A stretch of DNA of 63,723 bases, counting the filler, from Lama guanicoe (lineage: Eukaryota), in assembly GCA_013239625.1 (NCBI GenBank). It is 203 parts of 203 records of this genome, joined end to end, with 100 filler letters (N's around TTAATTAATTAA, not from the genome) between each part and the next. Parts side by side here need not be neighbours in the genome. Positions count along the whole stretch, not along the records: positions 24,807 to 25,020 come from PNXV01037948.1; positions 25,121 to 25,334 come from PNXV01037949.1; positions 25,435 to 25,648 come from PNXV01037950.1; positions 25,749 to 25,962 come from PNXV01037951.1; positions 26,063 to 26,276 come from PNXV01037952.1; positions 26,377 to 26,590 come from PNXV01037953.1; positions 26,691 to 26,904 come from PNXV01037954.1; positions 27,005 to 27,218 come from PNXV01037955.1; 195 more parts are not named here. One strand, written 5' to 3'. This document shows, piece by piece, positions 24,707 through 37,897 of the stretch. The notes below the pieces were generated by a model that was not told where the DNA came from, did no database searches, and saw only the letters and a list, made by a program, of their open reading frames with translations. Each line of letters starts with the position of its first letter. Within the stretch, counting starts at the first letter, position 1. The translations under genes and the position numbers were made by a program.

Positions 24707-24806
24707 NNNNNNNNNNNNNNNNNNNNNNNNNNNNNNNNNNNNNNNNNNNNTTAATTAATTAANNNNNNNNNNNNNNNNNNNNNNNNNNNNNNNNNNNNNN
24801 NNNNNN

Positions 24807-25020
24807 AAAATATCAGTACACATCTATCAGAAATCAAAAAAACAGGGACAAAACTAAATGCTGGCAATGATACGGAGAAACTAGATCACTCAAGCCTTCT
24901 GGGTGGAAATGTTAAATGGTGCAGATGCTCTGAATAAGAGCACAGAACCAAGGAAGCAAAAGACTTATGTGTGGAGAACTACAAAACACTGACTAAGGAA
25001 ATTAAAGATGATTTAAAGAA
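24807..25020 (+). mobile_element. Two juxtaposed L1 pieces: old ORF2 3' region, then a better-preserved ORF2 post-RT segment from about 24946
   Basis: aaatgctggcaatgatacggagaaactagatcactc...ggaaatgttaaatggtgcag followed by aaccaaggaagcaaaagacttat...gagaactacaaaacactga..aaggaaattaaagatga. Confidence 0.75.
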
Positions 25021-25748
25021 NNNNNNNNNNNNNNNNNNNNNNNNNNNNNNNNNNNNNNNNNNNNTTAATTAATTAANNNNNNNNNNNNNNNNNNNNNNNN
25101 NNNNNNNNNNNNNNNNNNNNTTCCTCTCTCTACTTTGCTGGAAACTCTCTCCAGGTGGGAAACCGGAGCAATTGTGGGGCTCAGTTGTGTGTCTGTCGTT
25201 TCTCAGGGATCACTCACTAACCTTTATTGCCTGAAGCTCAGCCTTTTGAAAATACTTGTTTCCTGTATCCCATCCATTTTATTGTTGTCGTTTTCTTTTG
25301 TTGTTTCTCTCTGGAGAGTAAATCCAGCTTCCGTNNNNNNNNNNNNNNNNNNNNNNNNNNNNNNNNNNNNNNNNNNNNTTAATTAATTAANNNNNNNNNN
25401 NNNNNNNNNNNNNNNNNNNNNNNNNNNNNNNNNNGTTGTTTACAGACAGGATGACAGTGAAACCTGTCTGCACAACTCCCATTAGCCCTCGTGACCTTCC
25501 AGCAGTCTCACATCAATGCTTCCGAGGGCAGCGAGCTGCACGAGATAAAAGCAGGAAGTTCTTAAAAACAAAGTAGGATGTTCTTAGGATGTTCATTCCT
25601 CAAGGGATGTAGGCAAAAAGGGCAATGTTGTTCTTCCACTTAAGATGGNNNNNNNNNNNNNNNNNNNNNNNNNNNNNNNNNNNNNNNNNNNNTTAATTAA
25701 TTAANNNNNNNNNNNNNNNNNNNNNNNNNNNNNNNNNNNNNNNNNNNN

Positions 25749-25962
25749 TATGTTTTTGTGCCAATACCACACTCTTTTGATTACTGTAGTTCTGTAGTGT
25801 TGTCTGAATTCTGGGAAGGTTATTTCTCCAGCTTCATTCTTTTTCTTCAGTATTACTTTGGCAATTCTGAGGGTTTTGCGATTTCATATAAATTTGATAA
25901 TTATTTGTTCTGTTTCTGTGAAAAATGTCCTGGGTAATTTGATAGGGATCACATTAAATCTA
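25749..25962 (-). mobile_element. LINE-1 ORF2 fragment
   Basis: tttgtgccaataccacac...ttttgattactgtag...tccagcttcattctttttc...tctgtgaaaaatgtcctgggtaatttgatagggat. Confidence 0.9.
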
Positions 25963-26063
25963 NNNNNNNNNNNNNNNNNNNNNNNNNNNNNNNNNNNNNN
26001 NNNNNNTTAATTAATTAANNNNNNNNNNNNNNNNNNNNNNNNNNNNNNNNNNNNNNNNNNNNT

Positions 26064-26276
<213 letters not shown>

Positions 26277-26690
26277 NNNNNNNNNNNNNNNNNNNNNNNN
26301 NNNNNNNNNNNNNNNNNNNNTTAATTAATTAANNNNNNNNNNNNNNNNNNNNNNNNNNNNNNNNNNNNNNNNNNNNATATATATATATATACATATATAT
26401 TCCTGGTTATCTGGTTCCCCAACCTGCAATGACTTGGAAGTGGCCCAAAAATAAGAGAGCGAGGGGAATGCTGCAGCCAGGCCCACAGAGAGCAGTGAGC
26501 AGAAACCCAGACAACAGAGGATGAAGGAGGCAGACAGGAATGCTCACTAGATGAGCGTCTGTGAGTGCCAGGTTCAGAAGTGAGCCCATTNNNNNNNNNN
26601 NNNNNNNNNNNNNNNNNNNNNNNNNNNNNNNNNNTTAATTAATTAANNNNNNNNNNNNNNNNNNNNNNNNNNNNNNNNNNNNNNNNNNNN

Positions 26691-26904
26691 CTCCTGCCTG
26701 GGCCGGGGGCAGCGCGCGCCGCAGCCACTCGCACAGCCCGGGGAGTCCGCCCGGCCGCAGCGGGAACACCGGCGGCGTCGCCTCCTCCAGCACCTCCCAC
26801 GTCTCGTCCTCCGGGCCCAAGGCGGCCGCGTGCTCTGAGTCCCCGCTGCCTGATCTCTTCACGCCCACGCCAACCGGCTGCAAACTCTCGCTGCCTGCTT
26901 CCTC
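26691..26904. promoter_or_regulatory. CpG island fragment (gene unidentified)
   Basis: GC- and CpG-rich throughout. Confidence 0.65.
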
Positions 26905-27082
26905 NNNNNNNNNNNNNNNNNNNNNNNNNNNNNNNNNNNNNNNNNNNNTTAATTAATTAANNNNNNNNNNNNNNNNNNNNNNNNNNNNNNNNNNNNNNNN
27001 NNNNTAGATTAATTTTATCGTATGTAAATTATATCTGAGTTTTTTTTAATTTAAAAAAATCTCAAAACTCATCCCATCCCTT

Positions 27083-27180
27083 AATTCACTCATTCAACGA
27101 ACATCTCTTGAGCCAGGCCCTGTCTGAAGGGTGAATATGACGCAGGCCCCTGCTCTAATGGAGCTGACATTCTGGAGGAC
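27083..27180 (-). mobile_element. LINE-2 3' fragment
   Basis: ttcactcattcaacgaacatctcttgagccagg...cccctgctctaatggagctgacattct. Confidence 0.7.
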
Positions 27181-27632
27181 CGTTTTATTGAAATGAGGGG
27201 AATAAAGCAGGGTTAGGANNNNNNNNNNNNNNNNNNNNNNNNNNNNNNNNNNNNNNNNNNNNTTAATTAATTAANNNNNNNNNNNNNNNNNNNNNNNNNN
27301 NNNNNNNNNNNNNNNNNNCCAGAGCCAAACAGAGGTGTGCAGAGATGTCTCTCACACTACTGTGGACGTGGGTTGCTTCGGGACTATACCCACTGATCCA
27401 TGCCTCCTCCCTGAAACCCTCCAACTGTCTCATAGGCCTCCTCTCACCCGCCCTCGAGTCAGGGGCATGGCCAAGCACAAGGACCCCTGCTGGACAGGTG
27501 TCACTCACAGCCTGGGCGTGGGGGCGGGAGGGNNNNNNNNNNNNNNNNNNNNNNNNNNNNNNNNNNNNNNNNNNNNTTAATTAATTAANNNNNNNNNNNN
27601 NNNNNNNNNNNNNNNNNNNNNNNNNNNNNNNN

Positions 27633-27846
27633 CCGTGGACTCTGATCTGGGGTAATTAAGTTGTACGTGCCTATCTGTTAACGGGAAAGGAATTTCTAAT
27701 TTTGCTTTTGTTTCCCCTTGCTTTATACACTATTGATGAGAGTCCTATCGTAGTGAGTGGGAGGAGGGTTAACTGGACTATTTTTCTCATAGGTCTGAAA
27801 ATCTAATCAGGTAATTTGAGTAAAGCTCAGAGCCACATGACCGGCA
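27633..27846 (+). other. Bubble pair 3, copy A (partner 28261-28474)
   Basis: 49 identical bases at each end, 5 substitutions. Confidence 0.95.
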
Positions 27847-28013
27847 NNNNNNNNNNNNNNNNNNNNNNNNNNNNNNNNNNNNNNNNNNNNTTAATTAATT
27901 AANNNNNNNNNNNNNNNNNNNNNNNNNNNNNNNNNNNNNNNNNNNNCTGCTAAGACCATTACACTCACCATTGCTTTTTAAAATTGTATCTATTCAGGAG
28001 ATCTGTACAGTGG

Positions 28014-28160
28014 TAATAATAACGGTGATTGAAATTTACTGAGTACTTACAATGTACCAGGACCCCTACTGTGTGCTTTAAAGGTATTAATTAACTGTCA
28101 CAATAGCCATGAAAGTAGTTGGTATTATTTCTCCCCATATTCCAGATGGGGAAACTAAGG
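28014..28160 (-). mobile_element. MIR SINE fragment
   Basis: atttactgagtacttacaatgtaccagg...tgtgcttta...cacaatagccatgaaagtag...ccccatattccagatggggaaactaagg. Confidence 0.85.
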
Positions 28161-28260
28161 NNNNNNNNNNNNNNNNNNNNNNNNNNNNNNNNNNNNNNNN
28201 NNNNTTAATTAATTAANNNNNNNNNNNNNNNNNNNNNNNNNNNNNNNNNNNNNNNNNNNN

Positions 28261-28474
28261 CCGTGGACTCTGATCTGGGGTAATTAAGTTGTACGTGCCT
28301 ATCTGTTAATGGGAAAGGAATTTCTAATTTTGCTTTTGTTTCCCTTTGCTTTATACACTACTGATGAGAGTCCTATCATAGTGAGTGGGAGGAGGGTTAA
28401 CTGGACTATTTTTCTCATAGGTCTAAAAATCTAATCAGGTAATTTGAGTAAAGCTCAGAGCCACATGACCGGCA
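28261..28474 (+). other. Bubble pair 3, copy B (partner 27633-27846)
   Basis: 49 identical bases at each end, 5 substitutions. Confidence 0.95.
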
Positions 28475-28888
28475 NNNNNNNNNNNNNNNNNNNNNNNNNN
28501 NNNNNNNNNNNNNNNNNNTTAATTAATTAANNNNNNNNNNNNNNNNNNNNNNNNNNNNNNNNNNNNNNNNNNNNGAGCTGATGAAAAATGGCTCTGCCCT
28601 AGTAAGTGTCACCCTGGTCTGTGCGGTGGCCAGGCTTTGGACATCTCCCTTTCCTCAGTCTGTACTGGGAGATGACAGCTCAGCTCTGGACTGCACAGCT
28701 GGTTCTTGACTTTGTCCATTGTCACCTGGCGGAAACCCATTAAATCCACACATCATATCATCAGGGCACAGGTCCCCTGGCCCCATTCNNNNNNNNNNNN
28801 NNNNNNNNNNNNNNNNNNNNNNNNNNNNNNNNTTAATTAATTAANNNNNNNNNNNNNNNNNNNNNNNNNNNNNNNNNNNNNNNNNNNN

Positions 28889-29075
28889 AAGGTCTTAAGA
28901 GCAAACACTGAGCATTCCTGGAGCAAAAGGAATTCGCGCTGAAGAAACAGAATATTCTGCCCCAGTTTCCAGCCTGCTGGTCGGGTCTCCAGAATTCCCA
29001 ACTTTCCAGCCCCCACAATCAAGCGAGCAAGTCCTTACGTTCAGGCTCCTCCCTGGTTCTGGAAAGCCTGGACAC
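28889..29075 (+). mobile_element. MLT2-like LTR fragment
   Basis: tttccagcctgctgg...agaattcccaactttccagcccccacaatcaagcgagcaagtcctta. Confidence 0.6.
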
Positions 29076-31482
29076 AGAAGTCAGTCCATGCTTCTTGGTC
29101 ATNNNNNNNNNNNNNNNNNNNNNNNNNNNNNNNNNNNNNNNNNNNNTTAATTAATTAANNNNNNNNNNNNNNNNNNNNNNNNNNNNNNNNNNNNNNNNNN
29201 NNAGCCTCTCTGAAACTTTAACAGTGTTTGTGGTGCTTCTTCTAGACTAGTGGAGAAAAAGAACCTTGCCCCAGATGAGGTGAGAGGGTTGTACCGAGGG
29301 TCAGCCACAAGTCCACCCCATCTGCCAGAAGCAGAAAGACATAGGGTGTCAGGGCATCTCCTCCCAACCCCTCACACTGCTCTCGTTCTGCCCCCAGAGC
29401 TCAAAGTGGCAGAAGANNNNNNNNNNNNNNNNNNNNNNNNNNNNNNNNNNNNNNNNNNNNTTAATTAATTAANNNNNNNNNNNNNNNNNNNNNNNNNNNN
29501 NNNNNNNNNNNNNNNNCCAAGGCCGCAGGGACCAGGACCACTTTGGTAAGTGTCTCTCTGCTAACGAAGAGATCGACCCACTCTCTTTGGCACGTGGGGG
29601 AGAAATATCCTCCCTTCACGACTGGACTTTGGCTGTTCCATAACGAAGCTGAGTAGCAAGCAGCAGGGAACTGATGCATCCGTCTGCCTGAAAAGGCCAA
29701 CAAGAGATTCATGGCTGACCGGTGGGGAGCNNNNNNNNNNNNNNNNNNNNNNNNNNNNNNNNNNNNNNNNNNNNTTAATTAATTAANNNNNNNNNNNNNN
29801 NNNNNNNNNNNNNNNNNNNNNNNNNNNNNNAAAAAAAAACATTTTGAATTTATCACAACAATTTGTATTGATTCTTTAATATGGAACCTGTGTGAATGTT
29901 ACAAATAGGCAAATCTAGCCTTCACTAAATAAAAATTTCCTCACCATCTTAGCGATGTTTTTGGATTACTGAGTTTGTGATCCTGTGAGTTCTCAGTCCC
30001 AGAAAATATTAAAAATCATAGGAAATAGTGATCTTTAAAAAAAANNNNNNNNNNNNNNNNNNNNNNNNNNNNNNNNNNNNNNNNNNNNTTAATTAATTAA
30101 NNNNNNNNNNNNNNNNNNNNNNNNNNNNNNNNNNNNNNNNNNNNTTTCATCATTGACCTTGTTTTATTTTATTTTTTTAACGGATGTTGTTTGACCTCAT
30201 GTTTGTGCTTTTCCTACTCTTCTTTCTAAAGTTCATGCACAGTCTGTTAATTTTGCGTATGGAAAAATACTTGCTGTAATCGATATTTGCTTAAAGTTCC
30301 TGAGGTTCATTTCATGACATAATTTGTGGTTAATTCCTTAGATAACATCCTGTGCACANNNNNNNNNNNNNNNNNNNNNNNNNNNNNNNNNNNNNNNNNN
30401 NNTTAATTAATTAANNNNNNNNNNNNNNNNNNNNNNNNNNNNNNNNNNNNNNNNNNNNGTTCATCGAATCCCTAGCTAATGCTAGGGCCAAGCCACTGAA
30501 TCCTTGAGTTTGACAGAGGCATATACATTCTCCAGTTCCCAGAGCCCAGCACAGGGCTGTGTCTCCTTTTAAATTTAAGCTTATGTCCAATTTCTTTTTT
30601 CTTCTAATTCTAATTGTTGACATATCTTATTTTGTCTTTGAACACCCCATGACTAATTTATAGAGACTGAACNNNNNNNNNNNNNNNNNNNNNNNNNNNN
30701 NNNNNNNNNNNNNNNNTTAATTAATTAANNNNNNNNNNNNNNNNNNNNNNNNNNNNNNNNNNNNNNNNNNNNTTAAAGCTAGAGAGGGCTGAGACTTCCT
30801 TCATCCATCCTCCACAGTGGGGTGTAGATGAGCATATCAGTGCCAACCAATCACCACCCCCTTTCTCTACAACAGCATTGCCGCATCCTCACTCTCCAAC
30901 TCTCCTTTCCCCCCTTGCCTCTTCCTTCCAGCCTCTGGGCACTACCAGTGACTTTTCCAGGGTGACAGTTCCTTACGGGGCACACANNNNNNNNNNNNNN
31001 NNNNNNNNNNNNNNNNNNNNNNNNNNNNNNTTAATTAATTAANNNNNNNNNNNNNNNNNNNNNNNNNNNNNNNNNNNNNNNNNNNNCTCATGCGAACTTA
31101 TTTGGACCTCCGTAAGGATGGAAACCTCTACCCTATTCGTTTTTAATGGTAGGTCTCATTTGTCCCGTGTGGCTTATCTGCGTCCATGGGTGAGCCTTGG
31201 ACTGCCTTCCAGTGTACAACTCAGGGCTCCGTCCCTCAGCCCTGGCCCACTTAAAGGCAGACTTTGAGTGTGAGAGGCTCAGACCCTGTAACATGAGCCA
31301 NNNNNNNNNNNNNNNNNNNNNNNNNNNNNNNNNNNNNNNNNNNNTTAATTAATTAANNNNNNNNNNNNNNNNNNNNNNNNNNNNNNNNNNNNNNNNNNNN
31401 ACATGTAAATGAGCATCATGTGAGGCAAGAAAGGTAAAAATGGTGAACCTGACGAGCGTGAGGAGACTGACATTCCAGTGGG

Positions 31483-31556
31483 AATATATAATATATATAT
31501 AATATATTTATAATTTGATATGATATGATATGATATGATATAATATAATATAATAA
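31483..31556. repeat. AT-rich low complexity with (GATAT)5
   Basis: gatatgatatgatatgatatgata flanked by TA-rich runs. Confidence 0.8.
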
Positions 31557-32342
31557 ACAAGCTGAAAAAATGACTGTAGAGTGTAGAAAGTGCCATGAAG
31601 TAAATACACAGGGANNNNNNNNNNNNNNNNNNNNNNNNNNNNNNNNNNNNNNNNNNNNTTAATTAATTAANNNNNNNNNNNNNNNNNNNNNNNNNNNNNN
31701 NNNNNNNNNNNNNNGGCCTCTGAATCTGCATACTACCTCATCCTCTTAACAATGACCAGTGAGCACTTTTCTTTTTAAAGGTTCTGAGAAGCCTAGAACT
31801 TTAATTTAATTTGGTATTTTCCAAACTTACTTTGTTGGGGAACCCCAGCCCATATTTCAGCCCAAGAGTGCTGCAGGGGTAGGGGAGGTGTCAGCGGAGG
31901 CAGTGTGGACCAGCTGCGCACACAGGATNNNNNNNNNNNNNNNNNNNNNNNNNNNNNNNNNNNNNNNNNNNNTTAATTAATTAANNNNNNNNNNNNNNNN
32001 NNNNNNNNNNNNNNNNNNNNNNNNNNNNCTAATTTACACATAGAAAAGTGATTTTGAGCAATTATGCTTTAGGCTAACGAAGAAATCAAGAAGGATGCAG
32101 ATTCTTTCCCCTGGATACTTTCTGCTTTTTTTCTTTAATTTATCACCATTGATGAGTTCCCACAGCGTTCACTGGCTTTCCTAAAAGCTATAATATAAGA
32201 TGCATGGGCCTCAAAGACTGAGGGCTCTCCTGCCTTACTCCANNNNNNNNNNNNNNNNNNNNNNNNNNNNNNNNNNNNNNNNNNNNTTAATTAATTAANN
32301 NNNNNNNNNNNNNNNNNNNNNNNNNNNNNNNNNNNNNNNNNN

Positions 32343-32556
32343 AACAGGTTGCAGGAGAAACCCTTTCTCTGGATTCTCAGTCTGTTTCCTACAGCCGGGT
32401 TGAATTTCCTGGAGTTTTCACTGTAAAATCGAGTTGGAGCTCGTACCGCCCCATATATATGTATGGAGTGGATTCTTCAATTAAAGAGAAACTTTGTGTT
32501 CCCAACCAGCTATGTGAAGGACGGCTTTCACACACGCTTAACTCTCAAAACTGAGC
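32343..32556 (+). repeat. Probable satellite monomer fragment (homologous to 53115-53328)
   Basis: Colinear shared blocks gttttcactgtaaaa, tatatatgtatg, aaactttgtgttcccaa, gacggctttcacacac; circularly permuted relative to its partner. Confidence 0.75.
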
Positions 32557-33061
32557 NNNNNNNNNNNNNNNNNNNNNNNNNNNNNNNNNNNNNNNNNNNN
32601 TTAATTAATTAANNNNNNNNNNNNNNNNNNNNNNNNNNNNNNNNNNNNNNNNNNNNTGTCTATAGAAATAAAACTCTGTTTAAACAGTTATACATCAATT
32701 TCTACTAACTTTGAGTAGCATATATATTTTAAAAACAAAACATACACAAAAAGATACACATTTCCAAACAAGACCATACTCGCTATACTGTGCCTCCCAG
32801 GTACTAAGTGTTTCTTCCACCTACACGATTTCATGTACTTTTCACAGCAATCCCATGATTCAGATACCTTNNNNNNNNNNNNNNNNNNNNNNNNNNNNNN
32901 NNNNNNNNNNNNNNTTAATTAATTAANNNNNNNNNNNNNNNNNNNNNNNNNNNNNNNNNNNNNNNNNNNNTGTCTTTCTAGAAGAGCTTATAATCAACAA
33001 CTCATTGCTAATAATCATATTCTACAAAGAGCAAGGTATTCAAATAGTGCTTGTGAATCAA

Positions 33062-33098
33062 ATATATATATGTATACATGCACACGTATATACATATA

Positions 33099-33132
<34 letters not shown>
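33062..33132. repeat. (TA)n/(CA)n/(TG)n compound microsatellite
   Basis: Direct reading of the sequence. Confidence 0.9.
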
Positions 33133-33133
<1 letters not shown>

Positions 33134-33284
33134 AAACACATACACAGACTTAAACAAAGAGGGTTTTATTTTTATTGGCAAGAANNNNNNNNNNNNNNNN
33201 NNNNNNNNNNNNNNNNNNNNNNNNNNNNTTAATTAATTAANNNNNNNNNNNNNNNNNNNNNNNNNNNNNNNNNNNNNNNNNNNN

Positions 33285-33498
33285 ATCTGAGGAGTTTGCC
33301 ATCATTACTGTAAAAATGTTCAGAGAACTCAAGAGGAGTATAGATACACAGAGTTTTTGGCAAGGAGTTGGAAAATATAAAGAATACCTAAACAGAGTTG
33401 AAGAATACAATTACTGAAATGAATAACGCAGTAGGAAATGGACAACACTTTAGAAGGAACCAAGAATAGACTAAATGAGGCAGAAGAACGGATCAGTG
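33285..33498 (+). mobile_element. LINE-1 ORF1 coiled-coil region, decayed
   Basis: aaggagttggaaaatataaagaata...cagagttgaagaatacaattactgaaatgaa...agaaggaaccaa...agactaaatgaggcagaagaacggatcagtg. Confidence 0.8.
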
Positions 33499-33924
33499 NN
33501 NNNNNNNNNNNNNNNNNNNNNNNNNNNNNNNNNNNNNNNNNNTTAATTAATTAANNNNNNNNNNNNNNNNNNNNNNNNNNNNNNNNNNNNNNNNNNNNTT
33601 CAGAGCACCTGCAGCTCTGCCTGATGGAGTTGCCAGTGCGTCTTTGTTCCGCTCCTGCTTCGCCTGGGGATTCTCTTGAGGGCAATGGTTCTGTCCAGTT
33701 TGCCTCTGGAGGCCCAGCGCTGAACTCTGACTAGGTGTACAGGAGACATCAGTAAAGACTTGATCATCTTTCACATGTTACTGGCCTCCCACTTTCTACC
33801 TAAGCGTGGGGGNNNNNNNNNNNNNNNNNNNNNNNNNNNNNNNNNNNNNNNNNNNNTTAATTAATTAANNNNNNNNNNNNNNNNNNNNNNNNNNNNNNNN
33901 NNNNNNNNNNNNAGTCACATAACC

Positions 33925-34059
33925 TGAAGACATATGAGAGAGTCCAACAAACCAGACCAACCAACCAACTAACAAAATCATGACCTGCATGAATAGTTGT
34001 TACTTTAAACCACTGCATTTTGGAGTGGTTTGTGACTCAGCAGGAGCTAACTGATACAC
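33925..34059 (+). mobile_element. MLT1 LTR 3' end
   Basis: tgttactttaaaccactgcattttggagtggtttgtgactcagcaggagctaactgataca. Confidence 0.75.
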
Positions 34060-34226
34060 TATCCAACGTCACTCTCTTTTAAGTGTAGCCAAAGAGTACA
34101 AACTAAAATAGACTAAAAAAAAAAAANNNNNNNNNNNNNNNNNNNNNNNNNNNNNNNNNNNNNNNNNNNNTTAATTAATTAANNNNNNNNNNNNNNNNNN
34201 NNNNNNNNNNNNNNNNNNNNNNNNNN

Positions 34227-34754
34227 GTGTAAATATTCCAAAATTTAGGGAGCCCTATGCCAAAACCCTAAAAGAAAAGATTTTAAACAGCAAAGAAGAC
34301 ACACCAAATAGTGATAGAAGCACAGTAAGTATACCATAATACTTGCAGTAATTATAACAGAAAGTAATAGGACAGAGTGGAGGCCAAACCGTATCAGTTT
34401 ACAAATGCACTTAATTTGCCTGTTAAGAGATTTTCAAATTNNNNNNNNNNNNNNNNNNNNNNNNNNNNNNNNNNNNNNNNNNNNTTAATTAATTAANNNN
34501 NNNNNNNNNNNNNNNNNNNNNNNNNNNNNNNNNNNNNNNNGTGTAAATATTCCAAAATTTAGGGAGCCCTATGCCAAAACCCTAAAAGAGAAGATTTTAA
34601 ACAGCAAAGAAGACACACCAAATAGTGATAGAAGCACAATAAGTATACCATAACACATGCAGTAATTATAACAGAAAGTAATAGGACAGAGTTGAGACCA
34701 AACCATATCAGTTTACAAATGCACTTAATTTGCCTGTTAAGAGATTTTCAAATT
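34227..34754 (+). other. Bubble pair 4: contigs 34227-34440 and 34541-34754
   Basis: 49 identical bases at each end, 7 substitutions. Confidence 0.95.
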
Positions 34755-37699
34755 NNNNNNNNNNNNNNNNNNNNNNNNNNNNNNNNNNNNNNNNNNNNTT
34801 AATTAATTAANNNNNNNNNNNNNNNNNNNNNNNNNNNNNNNNNNNNNNNNNNNNGGCAGCAAGAAGCAGCCCCCAGCATCGAGGTGGGCAGGGCTTTGGT
34901 AAACCCTTGACTGGGACATGAAGGCGGGAAGCTGCTCAGCTTCTATGTTCTGCCAATTCCTGAGGCCTGATTTAGGCCTCTTCAGGCAACAAGGAACAGA
35001 AATGGGGGATGTGTTACCAAGGATTTGGGAGGAGTTCAGGAACCCAGGGCAGGAGGACCCTCACAATGNNNNNNNNNNNNNNNNNNNNNNNNNNNNNNNN
35101 NNNNNNNNNNNNTTAATTAATTAANNNNNNNNNNNNNNNNNNNNNNNNNNNNNNNNNNNNNNNNNNNNAAAAAAGTCTCACTACATTGTGAGAGATAAAC
35201 ATAGTCTGGAAATAAATGGAAAAGTTATTCCATGGAAATGAGAAGAAAGTGCAGATTGCAAAGATCAACTCATACAAAACGTTTTAAAATAGGGGCCAAA
35301 ATAAAACAAATATGAGCTTATATAAAGGAAAAGAGATCAATTAAAAAATAAGGTATTACACTCATTAAATTATATATGGACCNNNNNNNNNNNNNNNNNN
35401 NNNNNNNNNNNNNNNNNNNNNNNNNNTTAATTAATTAANNNNNNNNNNNNNNNNNNNNNNNNNNNNNNNNNNNNNNNNNNNNTAGAAGGATGTGACACAA
35501 GTACACAGTGATGGCTCTGTCACTGTCCGCTTGTAGTTAAGGTTGAAAAGGCATTTGTAATGTACTTTAATTAACTAGTCATGGTTTGTGGTAAAATTTC
35601 CAAAAATAATGAAGACTGAATGGTCACATTTTTCACTCTAAGAGTGTATAAATTTAGCAAAAGTCATAAAACAGCTGATGCTTGTTTTCTGAATCTNNNN
35701 NNNNNNNNNNNNNNNNNNNNNNNNNNNNNNNNNNNNNNNNTTAATTAATTAANNNNNNNNNNNNNNNNNNNNNNNNNNNNNNNNNNNNNNNNNNNNATAA
35801 TAGAAATATAAGACACCAAGAGTAACACTTCCTGACCTATTTACGGCAGATCTGTGCCTTGTGTGGTAGCCCACTTACACAATTCCCTCAAACCACCACA
35901 ACAGCAGTGGCCAGTCCGTGGCCATGAAATGAGCCTCTTAATGACACTAGCCCTCATTTACACCAAGTGACCGTGGTGTTGTCTAGGCATTCAGAGAACA
36001 AGTAGCATCGNNNNNNNNNNNNNNNNNNNNNNNNNNNNNNNNNNNNNNNNNNNNTTAATTAATTAANNNNNNNNNNNNNNNNNNNNNNNNNNNNNNNNNN
36101 NNNNNNNNNNGCCATCCTAAATGGTACACATGATGACCAATGTTTTACTGGTAAGGAAAGTGAGGCCCAAGGAAGCTAGGAATCAGAAACAGACTCATTT
36201 GACACCAAAGCAAGGGAAATAAAAATCACACCATGCTGCCCCCCCGACATAGGAGATGATTGTCTCCCTCGTCCAAGGAAACCGTCAGCAATTCTGGGAC
36301 CTGAGGCAAGATGAAGGGTCACCTNNNNNNNNNNNNNNNNNNNNNNNNNNNNNNNNNNNNNNNNNNNNTTAATTAATTAANNNNNNNNNNNNNNNNNNNN
36401 NNNNNNNNNNNNNNNNNNNNNNNNATTAAAATAATTATCTTGTGCAGAAGAAACTTCAAATACTTTTTCAGAATGTAACCATTGTCTCTTTCTCTACTTT
36501 GTTCCCTTCATAACAAACTTGAAAACGCTGGGGTGAGTTACATAATTAGAAATCTAGCTGCAAATTAAGTTCTCAATGACATGAAACACGTTTTTACTCC
36601 TTTAAAAAATCTTACATGCAGTACATTAATATTTTCTTNNNNNNNNNNNNNNNNNNNNNNNNNNNNNNNNNNNNNNNNNNNNTTAATTAATTAANNNNNN
36701 NNNNNNNNNNNNNNNNNNNNNNNNNNNNNNNNNNNNNNAAGGCTGGAGGCATTATCTCTAAAATCAGGCCACTTTCTTTGCTCTGAATGAAAAACCCTTT
36801 GCCTGCCTTATCAGCAAACAAAGGATGTTGCAGACTTCAAGCCACTACAGCCGCCTGGAGGGTGAGCCCCGAGGGACCTCAGGATGGAGACGGGCAGACT
36901 GCCCGCCGCCAAGCCCTCTGCCTCCACAGCCACGCCCCAGGGTGCACCCTGAGNNNNNNNNNNNNNNNNNNNNNNNNNNNNNNNNNNNNNNNNNNNNTTA
37001 ATTAATTAANNNNNNNNNNNNNNNNNNNNNNNNNNNNNNNNNNNNNNNNNNNNAAGAAAGCATGGCCTTGAAAATTGCAATGAAAATCAAATGAAAGAAT
37101 AACAGATACCATGACTACAGAATTGCATAATTATTCAGTCAAATAGATGAAGCATGATCCTGCCGAGATCAATTAACAATGCTTTAAAACATTGTAAAAT
37201 TATATTTACTAAGGGAAGCAAAATCAAGTTGTTTGTGCTTCTTACAGAAAATTAATCTCAGGGTTTTANNNNNNNNNNNNNNNNNNNNNNNNNNNNNNNN
37301 NNNNNNNNNNNNTTAATTAATTAANNNNNNNNNNNNNNNNNNNNNNNNNNNNNNNNNNNNNNNNNNNNAAGCAGCCAGAGGAAGTGCTTCTCCTGCTCCC
37401 ACCAGAGACACCAGAGCTGGGCGTGGGGGTGGAGACGGGACCAGCAAAGGGGATCCCGTGACTGAAAGGGCTGAGCCCGCGAAGCCTCTTTATCCCAGAG
37501 GGCATGAGGCTCCATCCCCAACCAGAGACACTGGATTGAACGGCTTTTAAAACGTTATGTTTACATAATGAGCAGTAGAAATGNNNNNNNNNNNNNNNNN
37601 NNNNNNNNNNNNNNNNNNNNNNNNNNNTTAATTAATTAANNNNNNNNNNNNNNNNNNNNNNNNNNNNNNNNNNNNNNNNNNNNAGAAATTTGAAGTATC

Positions 37700-37897
37700 T
37701 CTTACTTCACTTGTATGATCATCTCTAGGTCCGTCCGTGTTGCTGCAAATGGCACTATTTTATTCTTTTTTTTTTATGGTTGAGAAGTATTCCATTGTAT
37801 ATACATCCCATAGCTTCTTTATCCAGTCATCTGTCAATGGACATTTACGTAGCTTCCATGTCTTGGCTATTATAAATGTGCTATTAGGAACATTGGG
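37700..37897 (-). mobile_element. LINE-1 3' region
   Basis: tctctaggtcc...gttgctgcaaatggcactattttattc...tattccattgtat...tcatctgtcaatggacatt...ttccatgtcttggctatt. Confidence 0.88.

Noticed and set aside
29517..29551. TCR/Ig J-segment-like end (gcagggaccaggaccactttgGTAAGT)
   Set aside because: Good splice donor, but no F/W-G-x-G motif or RSS is visible and the exon portion is too short to assign.
35497..35534. CACAGTG heptamer inside a ~14-bp hairpin (possible RSS, IRE or miRNA)
   Set aside because: No nonamer at 12 or 23 nt, CAGTG is in the stem rather than the loop, and the stem is short enough to be chance.
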